Of a stretch of 64,000 nucleotides of DNA, positions 25,146 to 38,147 are shown in pieces. This DNA comes from Eledone cirrhosa (taxonomy: Eukaryota), in assembly GCA_964016885.1 (NCBI GenBank), contig OZ024740.1:83204001-83268000 (forward strand). Direction: 5' to 3'. The translations under genes and the position numbers were made by a program. The notes under the pieces are model-generated. The model saw only the letters and a program-made list of their open reading frames with translations, did no database searches and had not been told where the DNA came from. How positions within the stretch are numbered: position 1 is the first letter of the stretch; each line of letters starts with the position of its first letter.

Positions 25146-26960
25146 CTACCTTTCCGCTTCCCGGGGTTCGGGTTGCACGACTTCCATGGGGTCGGGGGTG
25201 TTGGGTTAAGGGGTGTCTTGTGGTGGTGTGGGGTCGTCAGTGTGTGGTGGGGTTGGGGTGTTTGGAGTTGTGTTGGGGAGGGGAAGGGGAGGGGGAAAGC
25301 TTTTTAGTAGGACGCGGTTTATGGGTTTGACAGAGGGTGGTCCTACGTCCTCCTTAAAATCCTTTTTTAGTTTTTGGTAGAGGTTCATTGGGATCTTTAT
25401 TAGTTTTAAATGTGGGTAGTTTTCCGAAGAAACAAAGTTTACACCTTCGGTTTGTACCGAAGGATTATTGTATATGAGTTCATTTAATTTATTATTGTTT
25501 CTGTTGATGTAAGTATAGTGTAATGTCTTTTTTTTCGGATGGTGTGAGTGTTTCGAAGAGGGGGGGGGGGGCAGGTTTGGTTTTGTTTGTTGCTGGAGGG
25601 GTGTTTTCTGTTTTGTTGGATTGTGTTGACATTTGGGTGTGGGTTGTTTGGCCTTGTGTGTTTTGTACATGTTTTCTTTTTTTCCTTTTAATCTGTCTGA
25701 AGGACTCCGTATCTTCCTCCGAATTCGTTTGGTTATCTTCAGTGTTGGAGGGAAGAGGTATGTTTGCTGGTAATGTTTCCGTGTTGGTTTTCTTTGTGGG
25801 GGAGATGGATGTCACTATGTTAGACTGTGTTGTGTGTTGTGTCTGCGGTGGTTGTGTTGTTTTATTGAGTGAGAGGTTGGGAGAGCCTGTATTTTGTTTT
25901 GGGGTAATGTGTTGTGACTGTTTGTGTTGTGGTGGTGGTGTGGTTTTTACTGAGGGACGGGTTGGGTGGGACTGAGTTTTGTTGTTTGTTTATCTGTTGT
26001 GGTGGTGGTGGTGGAGCTGGTGTTGGTAGCAAGGTTTTCTTTTTGTTGAGTTGGGGACAAGCGGCCTTCAGGTGCCCTCTGCCTGCACAGATATGGCAGG
26101 ACGGCCTTCTCCCCACCACGCTAATGTTTATATACCCGTGGTCCTCTAATAGGATTCTGTCGGGTATTTGGGCGATGCGTTCAGGCTTCATTTGCACTAC
26201 CAGCTCTATACCTGTTCCACTGAACGCATTGCCTGTGGTTTTCCCAATGGAAATCACGTTGTCATTCACTGGATCGATGAAGCCAGCTATGAGCCAGCAG
26301 TAGTCCACATCTGGCATCATTGCATCCAGCCATATGCGTTGAGTTCTTTTACCCATATAAGATGGATAAAAGGTAACATTTTTCGAACGAATCGGTGATA
26401 AAGCACATTTTTTTGCCGCCGATTCGTTCTTCATGATAATTGCTAGGCTTCCATACAGTCTGTCTTTTCTTATGAAAGTGGTTTCATTAAGTACTTCTGT
26501 GAGTACTGTTTTGATATCTGCTTGAGAAGGCTGTTCAGGTTTTTTTGTACTGTTATTGATGGTCCGAAACTTGACCGTTCGGCTTTCAATGTCTTTGGTG
26601 AATTCTTGAGGCATTTTTACCGATAAAATACCATTCTCTCCTTCACTTATGTATTGTTTGGCGTCTGTGATCCTTCGTGCCACATCTGAAATATTTTCCG
26701 GTATATAAGTCAAAGATTTCTTTGTTTTCTGTGCAAATGAAATCTTGTCGTCTGCTTTGTTTTCTGATATGGTGTTATTTTCAAATGTTATTTTTGTGTT
26801 TGTTGTGTCTTTGTTTGTGTTATTAGTATTGTCATGCAATTTTTCAAATTTTTTTTTTTTCGTTGTTGGAATCCATGTCCAGATTTGTGTTTTCGTCATT
26901 TTTTTTCTCCGCAGATTCGTCTGTTTTATTTTAATTTTTCCTTCCTTCTCTATGACGTTA
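25146..26960 (-). pseudogene. ORF1 (gag-like, CCHC zinc knuckle, Pro/Thr-rich C-half), frameshifted
   Basis: GRRPSCHICAGRGHLKAACP in ORF 25862..27025. The last frame (25206..25670) continues past a premature TAA to TAG at 25146-25148. Confidence 0.85.
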
Positions 26961-27276
26961 GTTGGGAAGGAAGGGGGGACTAAAGCGTGCGAGCTTACAA
27001 CTCTTACCGCTGTCCCCCCCACCACTATTTTCGTTCGCTGCGTTTAACATTTCTGTTAGACGATTGAAATTTTTTTGCCACAAAATTTTTTAAAACAGGT
27101 TTTTCACCTCTAGGAGTGGTAAAAATGAGCTGACCCACTGCCTGACAGTTCAGACGGGGGGTCAAGCTACACAATTGTATCAAAATTAAGTTTGAACTCA
27201 CAAAATTTCCTCAATAAATTTGAACAAAACTTCTGCGCGAAGTGAATGACATCCACACTGTAGAACAGACGACAGC

Positions 27277-27313
27277 TAGATTAATAGATATATATATATA
27301 GATAGATAGATAT

Positions 27314-27363
<50 letters not shown>

Positions 27364-27372
27364 TGATAGTTA
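27277..27372. repeat. (GATA)n microsatellite
   Basis: Directly visible; matching tract at 21425-21460. Confidence 0.95.
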
Positions 27373-27789
27373 GTTATTGGTAACTATGTATCTATATGAA
27401 TACGGAGAGTTAAGATGATTGATAGAGAGAAATCTCAATGCTATGACTGAACTATACCTATGCAGTTTTCGGTAGCTATCATTGATTATATTAGGCATTA
27501 TTAAAACAATTCAATAAACGTTCATATCGTTCTGGATATATTGTATATAGAACTGTTTAATTGGTTAAGTGTTACTGTTTCATTTAAGCAAATATATTTT
27601 GATCGACACTAATTGATGTCTATATATACATAACCAAATAAGTAAAAGGAAGCACAATTATCTCACATGTATAATAGAAAACACTTTTGACATTCACAAT
27701 GTATTCCTCAACGTTTTTTCCGGATGATCATGTTAGTTATTTGCATTTCTGTATGCGTTATATCCGAGAAAAGAAGAATGTATTAATGG

Positions 27790-28000
27790 TTCGAGATTTA
27801 TTCACAAGGCCAGCTATTTCGAAAGAGGGGAAAGCCGATTAAATCGCTGCCACTTCGTAGTTGGTACTTTATTTTGTCGACCCCGTAAGGATGAAGGGCA
27901 AAGCCGACAAAGAGGGATTTGAACTCAGAAGGAAAGGGGCCGTAAATCTATGCTGCAAAGCATTTTGTCCGATGCTATACCGATACTGCCAACCTACCAA
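27790..28000 (-). mobile_element. Diverged SINE copy
   Basis: ggtactttattttgtcgaccccgtaaggatgaag...gatttgaactcag...taccgatactgccaa. Confidence 0.8.
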
Positions 28001-28108
28001 CCTTAAAGAGGTATTTAATAGTAACATCAAACAATTATATATATATGTGTGTGTCCGTGTGTGTGTGTATGTGTGTGTATATGAGTATACTATATGTGTA
28101 TATGTGTA

Positions 28109-28152
<44 letters not shown>

Positions 28153-28158
<6 letters not shown>

Positions 28159-28586
28159 ATACTTGGGAAGGGTCATATTGCAATAACATTGCCAGAAATA
28201 ATAACAGAACCCACTCAATGTTTGGTTTGGTTTGGTTCTCACTTCTGTATCTTGTATATCTCCATAGTTAATTTATTTGGTAATCAAAGGTTAAAAATAC
28301 AGATATAAATATATATATAGTATATCAGAGTTCTTTCGTCACACATCGGCGAACAGAAAGAACGAATGGAATAACAACAACAACCATACCCAAACAAACA
28401 ATACTGACCTAAGGAAAATATAAATAAATAAATGTATACACAAGTACAATAACAAGAAACACATATAAACACTCACCAGTGAACAAACATAAAATACGAA
28501 AACAAAAATACATACACTCAAACGCGAACACACGCACCTACCATTAAACACACACGCTAACGTCTGCCCAGAGATACAAACAAGAA

Positions 28587-28617
<31 letters not shown>

Positions 28618-28836
28618 AATAAAGTTGGCGTAGACTTTACAATACAACGTGAGGAAACATAATAGTACCACTGATGATGTCGCAGAGTTATGATAGACTA
28701 TATACATATATTTGTATCTGTATGTTTAACCGTTGGTCAATCAATGATAATTATTAATTGCCAAATAAATTAACTATGGCGATCTGAAATATAGAGAAGC
28801 AAAAACCAACCCAAACTAAACAGTGAGTGTGTTTCG
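28153..28836. mobile_element. Non-coding PLE-derived insert with inverted pLTR copies, between (TA)n tracts
   Basis: 28210-28320 is the diverged reverse complement of 28695-28830; CTGATGA core at 28671; family shared with 9900-10140. Confidence 0.65.
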
Positions 28837-28868
28837 ACACACGATTTCATAAAAAAAAACTTGCAAAG

Positions 28869-28906
<38 letters not shown>

Positions 28907-28910
<4 letters not shown>

Positions 28911-29340
28911 AGAAAAAAGAGAATCAGTTTTGCAATGAATTGAATTTATTGGACATATTGCAATCGTTTGTCTGGCGACCAGCTCGAGGGACGATCGATG
29001 TTATGATCGAACCTGACTCTGAAAATCGCAAGGTCCTCAGATACGTCTTGATTCTACGAAGCAAATTTTAGGAAAATCTGTTTCGTAGAATCAAGACGTA
29101 TCTTTTTAAGAAAATCTGCTTCGTAGAATCAAGACGTATATGGGGACCTTGCGATTTTCAGAGTCAGGTTCGATCATAACATCGATCGTCCCTCGAGCTG
29201 GTCGCCAGACAAACGATTGCAATATGTCCAATAAATTCAATTCGTCGCAACACTGATTTTCTTTTTTTCTGTGATATCATACTCTGCTCTATGAGAACAT
29301 CGAGTGCACAAACGGACGCTTTAAGCATCCAACACCAATA
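28907..29340. mobile_element. Fold-back pLTR-like insert (~165-bp arms, internal ~37-bp re-duplication, plus tail) between (TA)n tracts
   Basis: tcacagaaaaaa...gacgatcgatgttatgatcgaacc...tacgtcttgattctacgaa mirrors 29110-29274; aaaatctg.ttcgtagaatcaagacgtat occurs twice at the centre. Confidence 0.85.
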
Positions 29341-29348
29341 ATATATAA

Positions 29349-29392
<44 letters not shown>

Positions 29393-29599
29393 GAATACAT
29401 GTCTCTTTGCTATACACACTCTTTACTGGGGAGAATTAAAAACAGATTCCTCACCAAATAAAAAGTAAATCTCTTCTCTCTTGCCTTGGTGGCTTCCTGG
29501 ACATCCTCACGACCCAGCTCACACGAGTCGCCTAAAAATTATAATTTCCATTTAAAGTTGTTTACATCTCAGGCTAAATTCCATCCACACCAGTTCCCT

Positions 29600-32026
29600 T
29601 TCCAGAATTTGAGCTAATGTCGATCTTCAAGTAGTAATGAGTTTGGGGAATATTAATCAGCTGATTGGAAGGCTTAGATGTGAAGTGGGGGATCTGGGTG
29701 TTTACCAGCTGAATGAGGAGTATAGGTGTCCTCCCACAGTCTTCTGGAGACTGAAATTGCACAAAACGCCGTATGAATGTAGATTTATAGCACTAGCTAG
29801 TAGGTGCACCTATAGACAAGTAACTATTTTAGTTAACGAGTCTTTAACTGTGATTAGTGAAATGTTTAATTGATATTGTGACACCATTCTTTGAAATAGT
29901 GGAGTGGATGTAATGTGGCGTATTATATCTAATTAGTTCTTACCTAGATTGAATAGAATAAGGATTATAATAACAAAGAACGTGTACAATTTCTACACAC
30001 TTTACAATAGTTTGGTGATGGCTTTAGTTGAACAGGTGGTAGGTAGTATAATATAGCTGGTTTTCGGAAACTATTCTAAGTATATTTTCTTCAAGATGGA
30101 CAAGGGTTTTATGTTTAGAGAAAGGTTCAATGGATACACTAATTTGATAAAGGATAAACTCAGTCGGGCAGTATAGTTTATAGAAAATAATTCTTACGGT
30201 ACATTCCCAAGAAATGTTTTCAGGCAGGCATACCAATTGGTGGAGACTTATGTTTATCCTCCTGTAAGTTTGGGTATCTAGAGTGGTTAATGATGCTTGG
30301 GCCTAATATGGAAATTGGTGGATATTGTAGATATACTGATGATGTATCTGTTACCAACTACAAGTATTTGGAGGTATATTGCACAAGAAGTATCCGAAGA
30401 GTTTGTAGGTGATTAGGAATGGAGGTGACGTTAGCAAGGTTAATTATTTAAACGTCAGTTTCAAAAAAAGTCAAAGAGACTATAGTAACAAAGATCGACG
30501 ATTAGACCAAGGATTTTAGCTTCAAGGTAGTTTGGATGACTTTTAATGTACTTTTGGGTACAACGTGTTTTCTAGTCAAAGTATCGGCAGTATACGTAGC
30601 TAGATTAATGATTTACAGAGGAAGTGAAAAAACTGTTAAAACCTGTGGTAGGACAGGGATGCAAAGAAAAGTTTCTGGTGTATTATTTCCGTCGGTACCT
30701 TCGCTCTAGAAGAGATATTCTATGAAAATTAGGTTTATACGACATTTAAAAATGATAGGCGTAGGGCTATGACATTATACATTTATTTCTATTGAGAGAG
30801 TAGAAAATTTAGAATATGTGGTCGAGATTCTAAGCAAGTATGGGTGTTTATTTAAGTTAGCTTTTCAATAGGGTTAGGCTAAGAAATCTACATAATTTTT
30901 TTTTTTTTTTAATTACATTGAGATCTCAGAAAATTTAGTATATTCGCCTTGAAGTAGTAATTGTAAAATAGGAAAGGGATATGTACTTTTTACATTGAAG
31001 TTGTTGTAATTTTGTCGATTTGCATTGTAGTGTTAATTAAAGGGAAATCTCTGTTGTTCATAATGTGACCGATCTAAGCTACATGGGAGAAATTTAGACT
31101 TGTTTTGATGTAATGGAATTTCTGGAGGAAATTCTCCGTCAATTAATTTGAACGGTACTTGACCAAAAAGCCATGGGTGAAATTACTGATAAGGATATGT
31201 CATTAATTTATATCGTTCATTTTCTTTTGTTCTTTCTTTCTTTCTTTTTTCTTTCTTTATTTTTTCTTGTTTCTTTCTGTCTTTGTTTATTTCCCTCATC
31301 TGCGGTAGCCACGAAGTATAGAAAATTTCTTAACAGACGGTCGAAATTAGGTAGGTCTGGATTTAATTGAATTAATTTTGAAAATCTCTGTTTAGGTAGT
31401 TATTCTTATTTATAAATGTAGTTTAGAGCGTCTATGATTTACTCTTAATTATGGTTTACTTTGCCTTTCATCCTGACGGGGTCGATAAAATAAAGTACCA
31501 ATAATGCACTGGGTAATTGCTGGCCTTGTACCAAAAGTAGAAATAATTATGGTTTACATTCGTGTCTGTATATTATATTATATTTACTTGTATGGAAATA
31601 ATGGCTTTAGGTTTATGCCTTTTCCGTCGTCTTTTCAAGTCACTATTTGTTTTTTTCATCTTGGATTCAGTTTGTTTACGTGAGTGTTTTCTTGATTATT
31701 ATTTCGTTGTTTTTATAGACCCATATTGTCGGATAATTTAGAGTTCAAAGTCGATGAACAGCGGGAGGAGATGGAGCACGGCCTATTACGTAATGGAACC
31801 GTTGTACAGATAATGATAGCTTTGGGTATATTATAAAGAAACTACGTTTTATAACTGCTGCAGCTACATAATGGCTGTTTTCCCATTTGGTGGCTGATGT
31901 GGTCCGGGTACGTGTGTCGAGTTTTGGAAGTTGGATGGTCCGTGTTTGATTTGCCGAATCTAGAGAGTGAGTAGAGTCTCATATAGCAGGAGTTATGGAC
32001 ACATGTTGGTGTTCGATGTATATATG

Positions 32027-32030
<4 letters not shown>
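29600..32030 (+). mobile_element. Highly decayed Naiad-like PLE (RT without downstream endonuclease, long 3' region)
   Basis: P.VFW..KLHKTPY.CRFIA....C......L...L..I.....YCD.....SGV..MW, GIPIG and CRYTDD across frames; no GIY-YIG visible after the RT. Confidence 0.65.
31458..31548 (+). mobile_element. 5'-truncated SINE nested in the Naiad-like element
   Basis: SINE body and tail; TSD taattatggtttac. Confidence 0.85.
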
Positions 32031-32094
<64 letters not shown>

Positions 32095-32208
32095 CCACAT
32101 ATACAATCGGCATTGAGCACTCGTCGGATTTTGCTCTTCGTAGTTATTAATACTACACACACACACACACACAGACGCGCATGCACACACACATATATAT
32201 ATATATAC

Positions 32209-32270
<62 letters not shown>

Positions 32271-32276
<6 letters not shown>

Positions 32277-32472
32277 GGAGCTTCTACAGGACTAGTACTG
32301 TTTCATTCAGATGAAATCTTCAGGAAGCAGGAAGTGCTTCCTGAAGATTTCATCTGAATGAAACAGTACTAGTCCTGTAGAAGGTCCTTCTATAAAATAA
32401 AAAAAATGTTACTCTGCCATGTATTGAGTACCTTACTTACTGTGGTTATCCCCGACTCAACCCGGGACCTAC

Positions 32473-32473
<1 letters not shown>
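32271..32473 (+). mobile_element. ~200-bp mini-PLE insert: two inverted hammerhead copies plus tail, between (TA)n tracts
   Basis: 32271-32328 is the reverse complement of 32336-32393; gcttc CTGAAGA ... GAAA cag..ctg TA gaag; related fragment at 12910-12960. Confidence 0.8.
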
Positions 32474-32532
<59 letters not shown>

Positions 32533-32647
32533 TATGAAGAGAGAAGAAACATTTAGATATAATTAGTAATAAAATGTATCATACCTAAACTGTTCCTAAA
32601 TTCCTCGACTACGTAGTTTCGTGGCATAAACAAAAACAATATATCAA

Positions 32648-32711
<64 letters not shown>

Positions 32712-32714
<3 letters not shown>

Positions 32715-32875
32715 ACGAGAGTTGTGGTAAGGAGCCAGATGGACCATAACGCACCAGAGTACTCAATATTTAGGGTAGTAGAGTGGGTAATAGGAAAATG
32801 TATGACACCGACGGCAGAATCCAGAAATAGGCGTCGAAACGGCTTGAACTCTGCCGTCGGGGTCATACATTTTCA
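32712..32875. repeat. Short insert with inverted arms (~24 bp) between (TA)n tracts
   Basis: aaaatgtatgacaccgacggcaga / tctgccgtcggggtcatacatttt. Confidence 0.8.
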
Positions 32876-34035
32876 TATATATATATATATATACATGAAA
32901 TTCTGATGCTGTTGGGCCAGAGCCTATCCTACAGAACGGATAAGAATAGAAAAAGTTTGAAAGAGATACTGTAGAGGATATTTCCCCACCATTGGATTGG
33001 TACTCTGTTTAACGAAAGGTAACTGCTTTAAGGCCAATTTGCCCCGACTATATAGGTATAAAATAGTTTATTATTCCTTTTTCGCTTTGCTACACTTTAT
33101 TTGTAAAGCTGATGAATTCTATTTTCAGCATTTAAAACCTATATACAAATCTGTTTTGGAAAAAGAAACAGAAATAAATTTAGGAGAGAATGTCATTGAA
33201 AAGTATACGCGTAAATACATGTTCCTCTGCACAAAAGATTGGAATGTTTATTAATGGTAATGAGGAAAAACACATATTTGTGGTGTATATTTTAAACGTC
33301 ATACCAATCACATTTATAAGTGAATTCCGCTAATGTTTACAAACCAAAAATGATGAAGGGTAATGGATAATGCTTTTCTAGAGACATCGGCTGAATGCAA
33401 GATAGGATACACATGACTCTAATGATGTTATCTCATGTTTACGTAAGCATATCGTTCCTCGACATAGATAAAGTTTAGAAATGGAGAGATATCCTTTTTG
33501 CAAATTCAGCATCGCAAATTCAAAGATCTCAGCTAATATCAATGAAATATATTTTGTATAGTACGTTTCCATAGCTGAACACTATACATTGTTCGATTCA
33601 TTTCCACTAAAAACCATATTCTTGTATTGACATCCATAACATGCCAAAACTTTCTACCGAATATCAAACTTACTTCCAAAGAATAAAACATTGGATTCCA
33701 ACAACTAGCATATTTCTACTCTACTAAAATTGTGACAGCATTTTCAAATTAAATCAATGGAAGCTATATCAAATATAATTCCATCCAAATACGTGGCAAT
33801 ACGTAACTCATACCTCAAAATCTGACCCTCAATTTCACTGCATATTATCTTTTTTCTACGGAAAATAAAATGGTTTCTACACCTCTCTTTATAGAAAATA
33901 TACATAGACCTAACTGACAACCGGCACTGCTGATTTTTCTCAGTGCTTAGTTATTGCTTCCCACATGCATGTTTAAATATACATAACGCTCAAATTTATC
34001 TATCTCAAATAAAGAAAAAACTCTCCGTTATATAA

Positions 34036-34228
34036 TTATTGTTTCTACGTTAGGCACAAGGCCAGCAATTACTCAGTGTATTATTGGTACTTTATTTTAT
34101 CGACTCCGTAAGGATGAAAGGCAAAGTTAACCACGGTGGGATTTGAACTCAGAATGGCAAGGGCCGTAACTCTATGCGCCAAAGCATGGCATCCGACACT
34201 CTACCAATACTGCCAATCCACTGCCAAT
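34036..34228 (-). mobile_element. tRNA-derived SINE, full length
   Basis: Same family; 18-bp TSD tctccgttatataattat. Confidence 0.9.
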
Positions 34229-34745
34229 CTCCGTTATATAATTATGCTATTTGTTTCTATTTTGCGATTGTCGGAATTTTATTTTCAACTACCTAACAAC
34301 ATAGGCATGTATTGGTAAACAGTTAGTAATACAGTGCAAAATTAGCTACAAAGAAAAATATTTTCTTTGGTAGAAAATAAATATGTTTTACATCATTGGC
34401 ACCAGCGGTCATGAGTATTTTTTTACTAATATTCTCCAGATAGATAATTGCATGGTATTTATGTAGTATTAAAGGGATTTTATTATTTATACTTATTTGT
34501 TAATTAAAAATATATAAATTTATTGATGGTAAAAAAGAACAAATGTGGAATATGGATTTAGATATATTTTAGAAAAAGAAGAAGTGACGGTAAATTTGAT
34601 TTGCAATGTAGTCAATGCATAAAATATATTCTATCTTTCATTAAAGATAGATAGTGAGGAAAACAATCATAGATTTTGTAATGTTTGTCATATTAGAGAA
34701 ACATCCAAAACAGAAACGAATTTGAATATATAAACATACAAAAAA

Positions 34746-34823
<78 letters not shown>

Positions 34824-35188
34824 ATGTGTGTGTGTGTACATAAGTGTACAGAACTATCAGCACACCGTAATATTGATACAGATAAATTACGATATTCCTA
34901 CTTACATACACACAAAAAGGCATAAATACACAGTAGATGTAAACATGTGTCCGAGTACAACCACTGCTAAGGCATAACAAATGGCAAAGTTGTGTTATTG
35001 ATGATGCCGCTGATGCCCCATTAGATGATTCATCAAATGTCATACGACATAGTGTATGACCTTTGGAAGTTCATCACATGTTGAAGGTCTTCTCCCTTGT
35101 AGCTAAGAGAATAACAATCTTATATACACAGATCATGTAACAATGCACTATATGTTTTTGACGCAGCATAGTTAACGATAACGTATAA

Positions 35189-35277
<89 letters not shown>

Positions 35278-35437
35278 CACAAAGACACCAAAGAATCGAT
35301 GCGTTAGTTCGAAAACGCATTTTTTGGTGTGTTGTTTAATAAGTACTATATGTCAGCTTTGCGCGAATTTAATTGCATCAAACTTACAATCTTGTGGTAG
35401 TGTTTCAACTCAATAATCACAATAATGTTATTATTAA

Positions 35438-35524
<87 letters not shown>

Positions 35525-35529
35525 CAACA

Positions 35530-36000
35530 TCGTTGCTGGTAAATGCTTTAAAAGAAATCATCAGTAAAGTAGATGGCAAACAATGTGGGAGTAAGTGACT
35601 CCACCTGTTTTGAGCTTGCCCCAACTGAGGAGGGGCTAGGAGATTACCATCGTTGATAACCATTTATCATCATGCAATGAACTAATTAGCCCCATAAATA
35701 TCTCAGGGAAACCGGGCCTCAATATAATACTCCAATTGGCTTGCCTCTTGAAGCTGTCAAAGGCCCTCTTGATACCAATAACGGAATTCGTCAGATCAAT
35801 CTGATGCTGCTTACACTTCTCCTGCCTGTGCTATTGCCTAGGTGTTTTGCCAGTGTTCATTTGTCTCACTGTTGACAGAACCTCTTCATATGTAGGATTG
35901 TCCCCAAGCTCGTTAATGAGAGGAGCCTGCTCTATAAACTCAATCCCGTCCGGAATGATGAAAGTCTCTTGGCATAGGTGGCCGTTATAGAGTTCACGCC
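35530..36000 (-). mobile_element. Decayed RTE-like RT fragment
   Basis: Cross-frame KRAFDS..R...WSI.LRPGFPEIFMGLISSLHD resembles RTE RT domain 3-4. Confidence 0.45.
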
Positions 36001-37102
36001 ATTTTTACTTGAATTTTATCGAGGCTACACAACAATTTCTCTGCGGTCTTTGGTTGGAGTGAGACGAACTGTCTGGTGCGTGAGTCCTATACTGCAAACA
36101 GTTCTTTCTGCCGATCAATTTTATCGATACACCATGTCTTGGAAGTTCCTTTGTGTGAAATTGATATTGGACATGGCTTGCATAGAGCATGCACACGTAT
36201 TAGACTAAGTATTAGGAAATGTCAAAGGCTCATCATGCGTTGGGATGACCAGTGCTTCAGGGTAATTCTATCAGAATTTCTTTCTCCCAGTAAACTTTTA
36301 CATAGCCAATGTGCATTATGAATTCTTCGCCCTTTAACGTTTTTGTTTTTCTTAACACAATATAACACCTCACCAGATTGATGGGGTTTCCATCTCATTC
36401 AGCGACAATCTGTAGATGCAACACTTTGATCTCGTTTTCATACATACATTTATAGATACATGCATGCAAACATACGTCTATACATATATACATACACATA
36501 CGTATATATATTCATACATGCATAAATTATGTTGCCTAACTATCCAGTATGGTTAAATTTGAGTCCTACTTCTACCTTTTTATCCTAAATTCCGCTCATA
36601 AGATCAGTAGCTGGGGCCTCATAAGCTAGAGCCTTCAAGAATTCAGAGTAGCTTCCGTTTATACCTGACCAATGGTGTGCACTCAACAGTGCATATTTTA
36701 AGACAATTACTGTGTATCAAGGTGGCACGTGGGTCTGGTAACGCGGTTGCTGTAATGACAAGTGTACTACCTCTTTTGTTGACAAAAGCGATCGGGTCAT
36801 GAAATGTGCTGTGGATAAACTGTATGATGTACAAAAGCGATATTTCCCTGCTGGTTAATTATCCTTTGCTTTACTATATGACACCGAAATCATCTGCCTG
36901 TGTTTCAAAATTCCTACTAATTTTGTTCTACGTATAACAAACGTTATATTTCTGTTAGAGGAACAATGTTGGATATATATGAGAACAATTTATCTGTGTG
37001 CTGTTGCCATCGGAGTTTCTTTCCCATGTGTGCACACAAACACGTACGGAGACAAGCGAATACACTAGCACCCACATGCTTTCTCACAATATATATATAT
37101 CC

Positions 37103-37892
37103 AAAATTTAAATTAAATTAAGGGTGTCATGTCAGAGAGACACGCGCCATATCCACTGTAAAATATGCTTTAAGTTTCCAATGAATAGATCCGAGCATTT
37201 TATATCAACTACAAATTGATTGACATATATATATATATCTAAAATAAACATATGAAACAATCACAGGGGATAATCTGTAAAAGTGTGTAAGCACACACAG
37301 CTATGTGGGTAACTAATTAAAGTTTAACTAGAACTTCAAAAATAGATACATTATAAATTGATTAATCTTCCTTGTATATATTTCATTAAAGAAATATATT
37401 TCACAAATTAATCGATTGGTAAACGACAGTAGTCAAGTCAGGATTTTCAACAAGGAAGAAGACTTAACTATCTGTGTCTCCACATCAAATTCAAATCTCT
37501 GACTAACTATTAGCACGTGTTGCATTTAATACAAACACACACATCGCGCCAGCTTCGTCCCAGTGACGTCAATAGGGTTATCGTCAACTAGAAATAGCAA
37601 TCAAGTCCTTTGAACTGAGTTAGCTCTACAATTAAGGAGCCGTATTTATATATACAAAATTTAAATTAAATTAAGGGTGTCATGTCAGAGAGACATGCGC
37701 TATATCCACTGTGAAATATGCTCCAAGATTCCAATGAATAGATCCGAGCATTTTATATCAACTAGAAATTGATTGACATATATATATATATCTATAATAA
37801 ACATATGAAACAATCACAGGGGATAAACTGTAAAAGTGTGTAAGCACACACAGCTATGTGGATAACTAATTAAAGTTTAACTAGAACTTCAA

Positions 37893-37926
<34 letters not shown>

Positions 37927-38122
37927 GTAGTTAAATCTCAGATCATCGGCAAGGAGGAAGAAATAACTGTCTGTGTTTACGTATCAAATACAAATCTGCG
38001 AGTGACGCAACTAAAACTACTAACAACATGCGAGCGTCCTCCCATTGGAATCTTTGAGCTTATTCTACAGTGGATATGGCGCATGTCTCGGACATGACTC
38101 CTTTAATGTAATTTAATTAAAT
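37103..38122. repeat. ~238-bp direct duplication (37103-37340 / 37656-37893) plus a partial inverted copy (38066-38122)
   Basis: aaattaagggtgtcatgtcagagagac...gtttaactagaacttcaaa twice; tacagtggatatggcgcatgtctc is the reverse complement of the repeat start. Confidence 0.9.
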
Positions 38123-38147
38123 CTATTTCGGATATAGATATATATAT

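Larger units (their letters stand above)
21461..27276 (-). mobile_element. Full-length L1/Tx1-clade non-LTR retrotransposon embedded in a (TAGA)n tract
   Basis: 5' UTR, ORF1 with CCHC knuckle, ORF2 with APE, RT and C-terminal zinc motif; 3' end AATAAAGAA-(ATCT)n; (GATA)n on both flanks. Confidence 0.95.
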
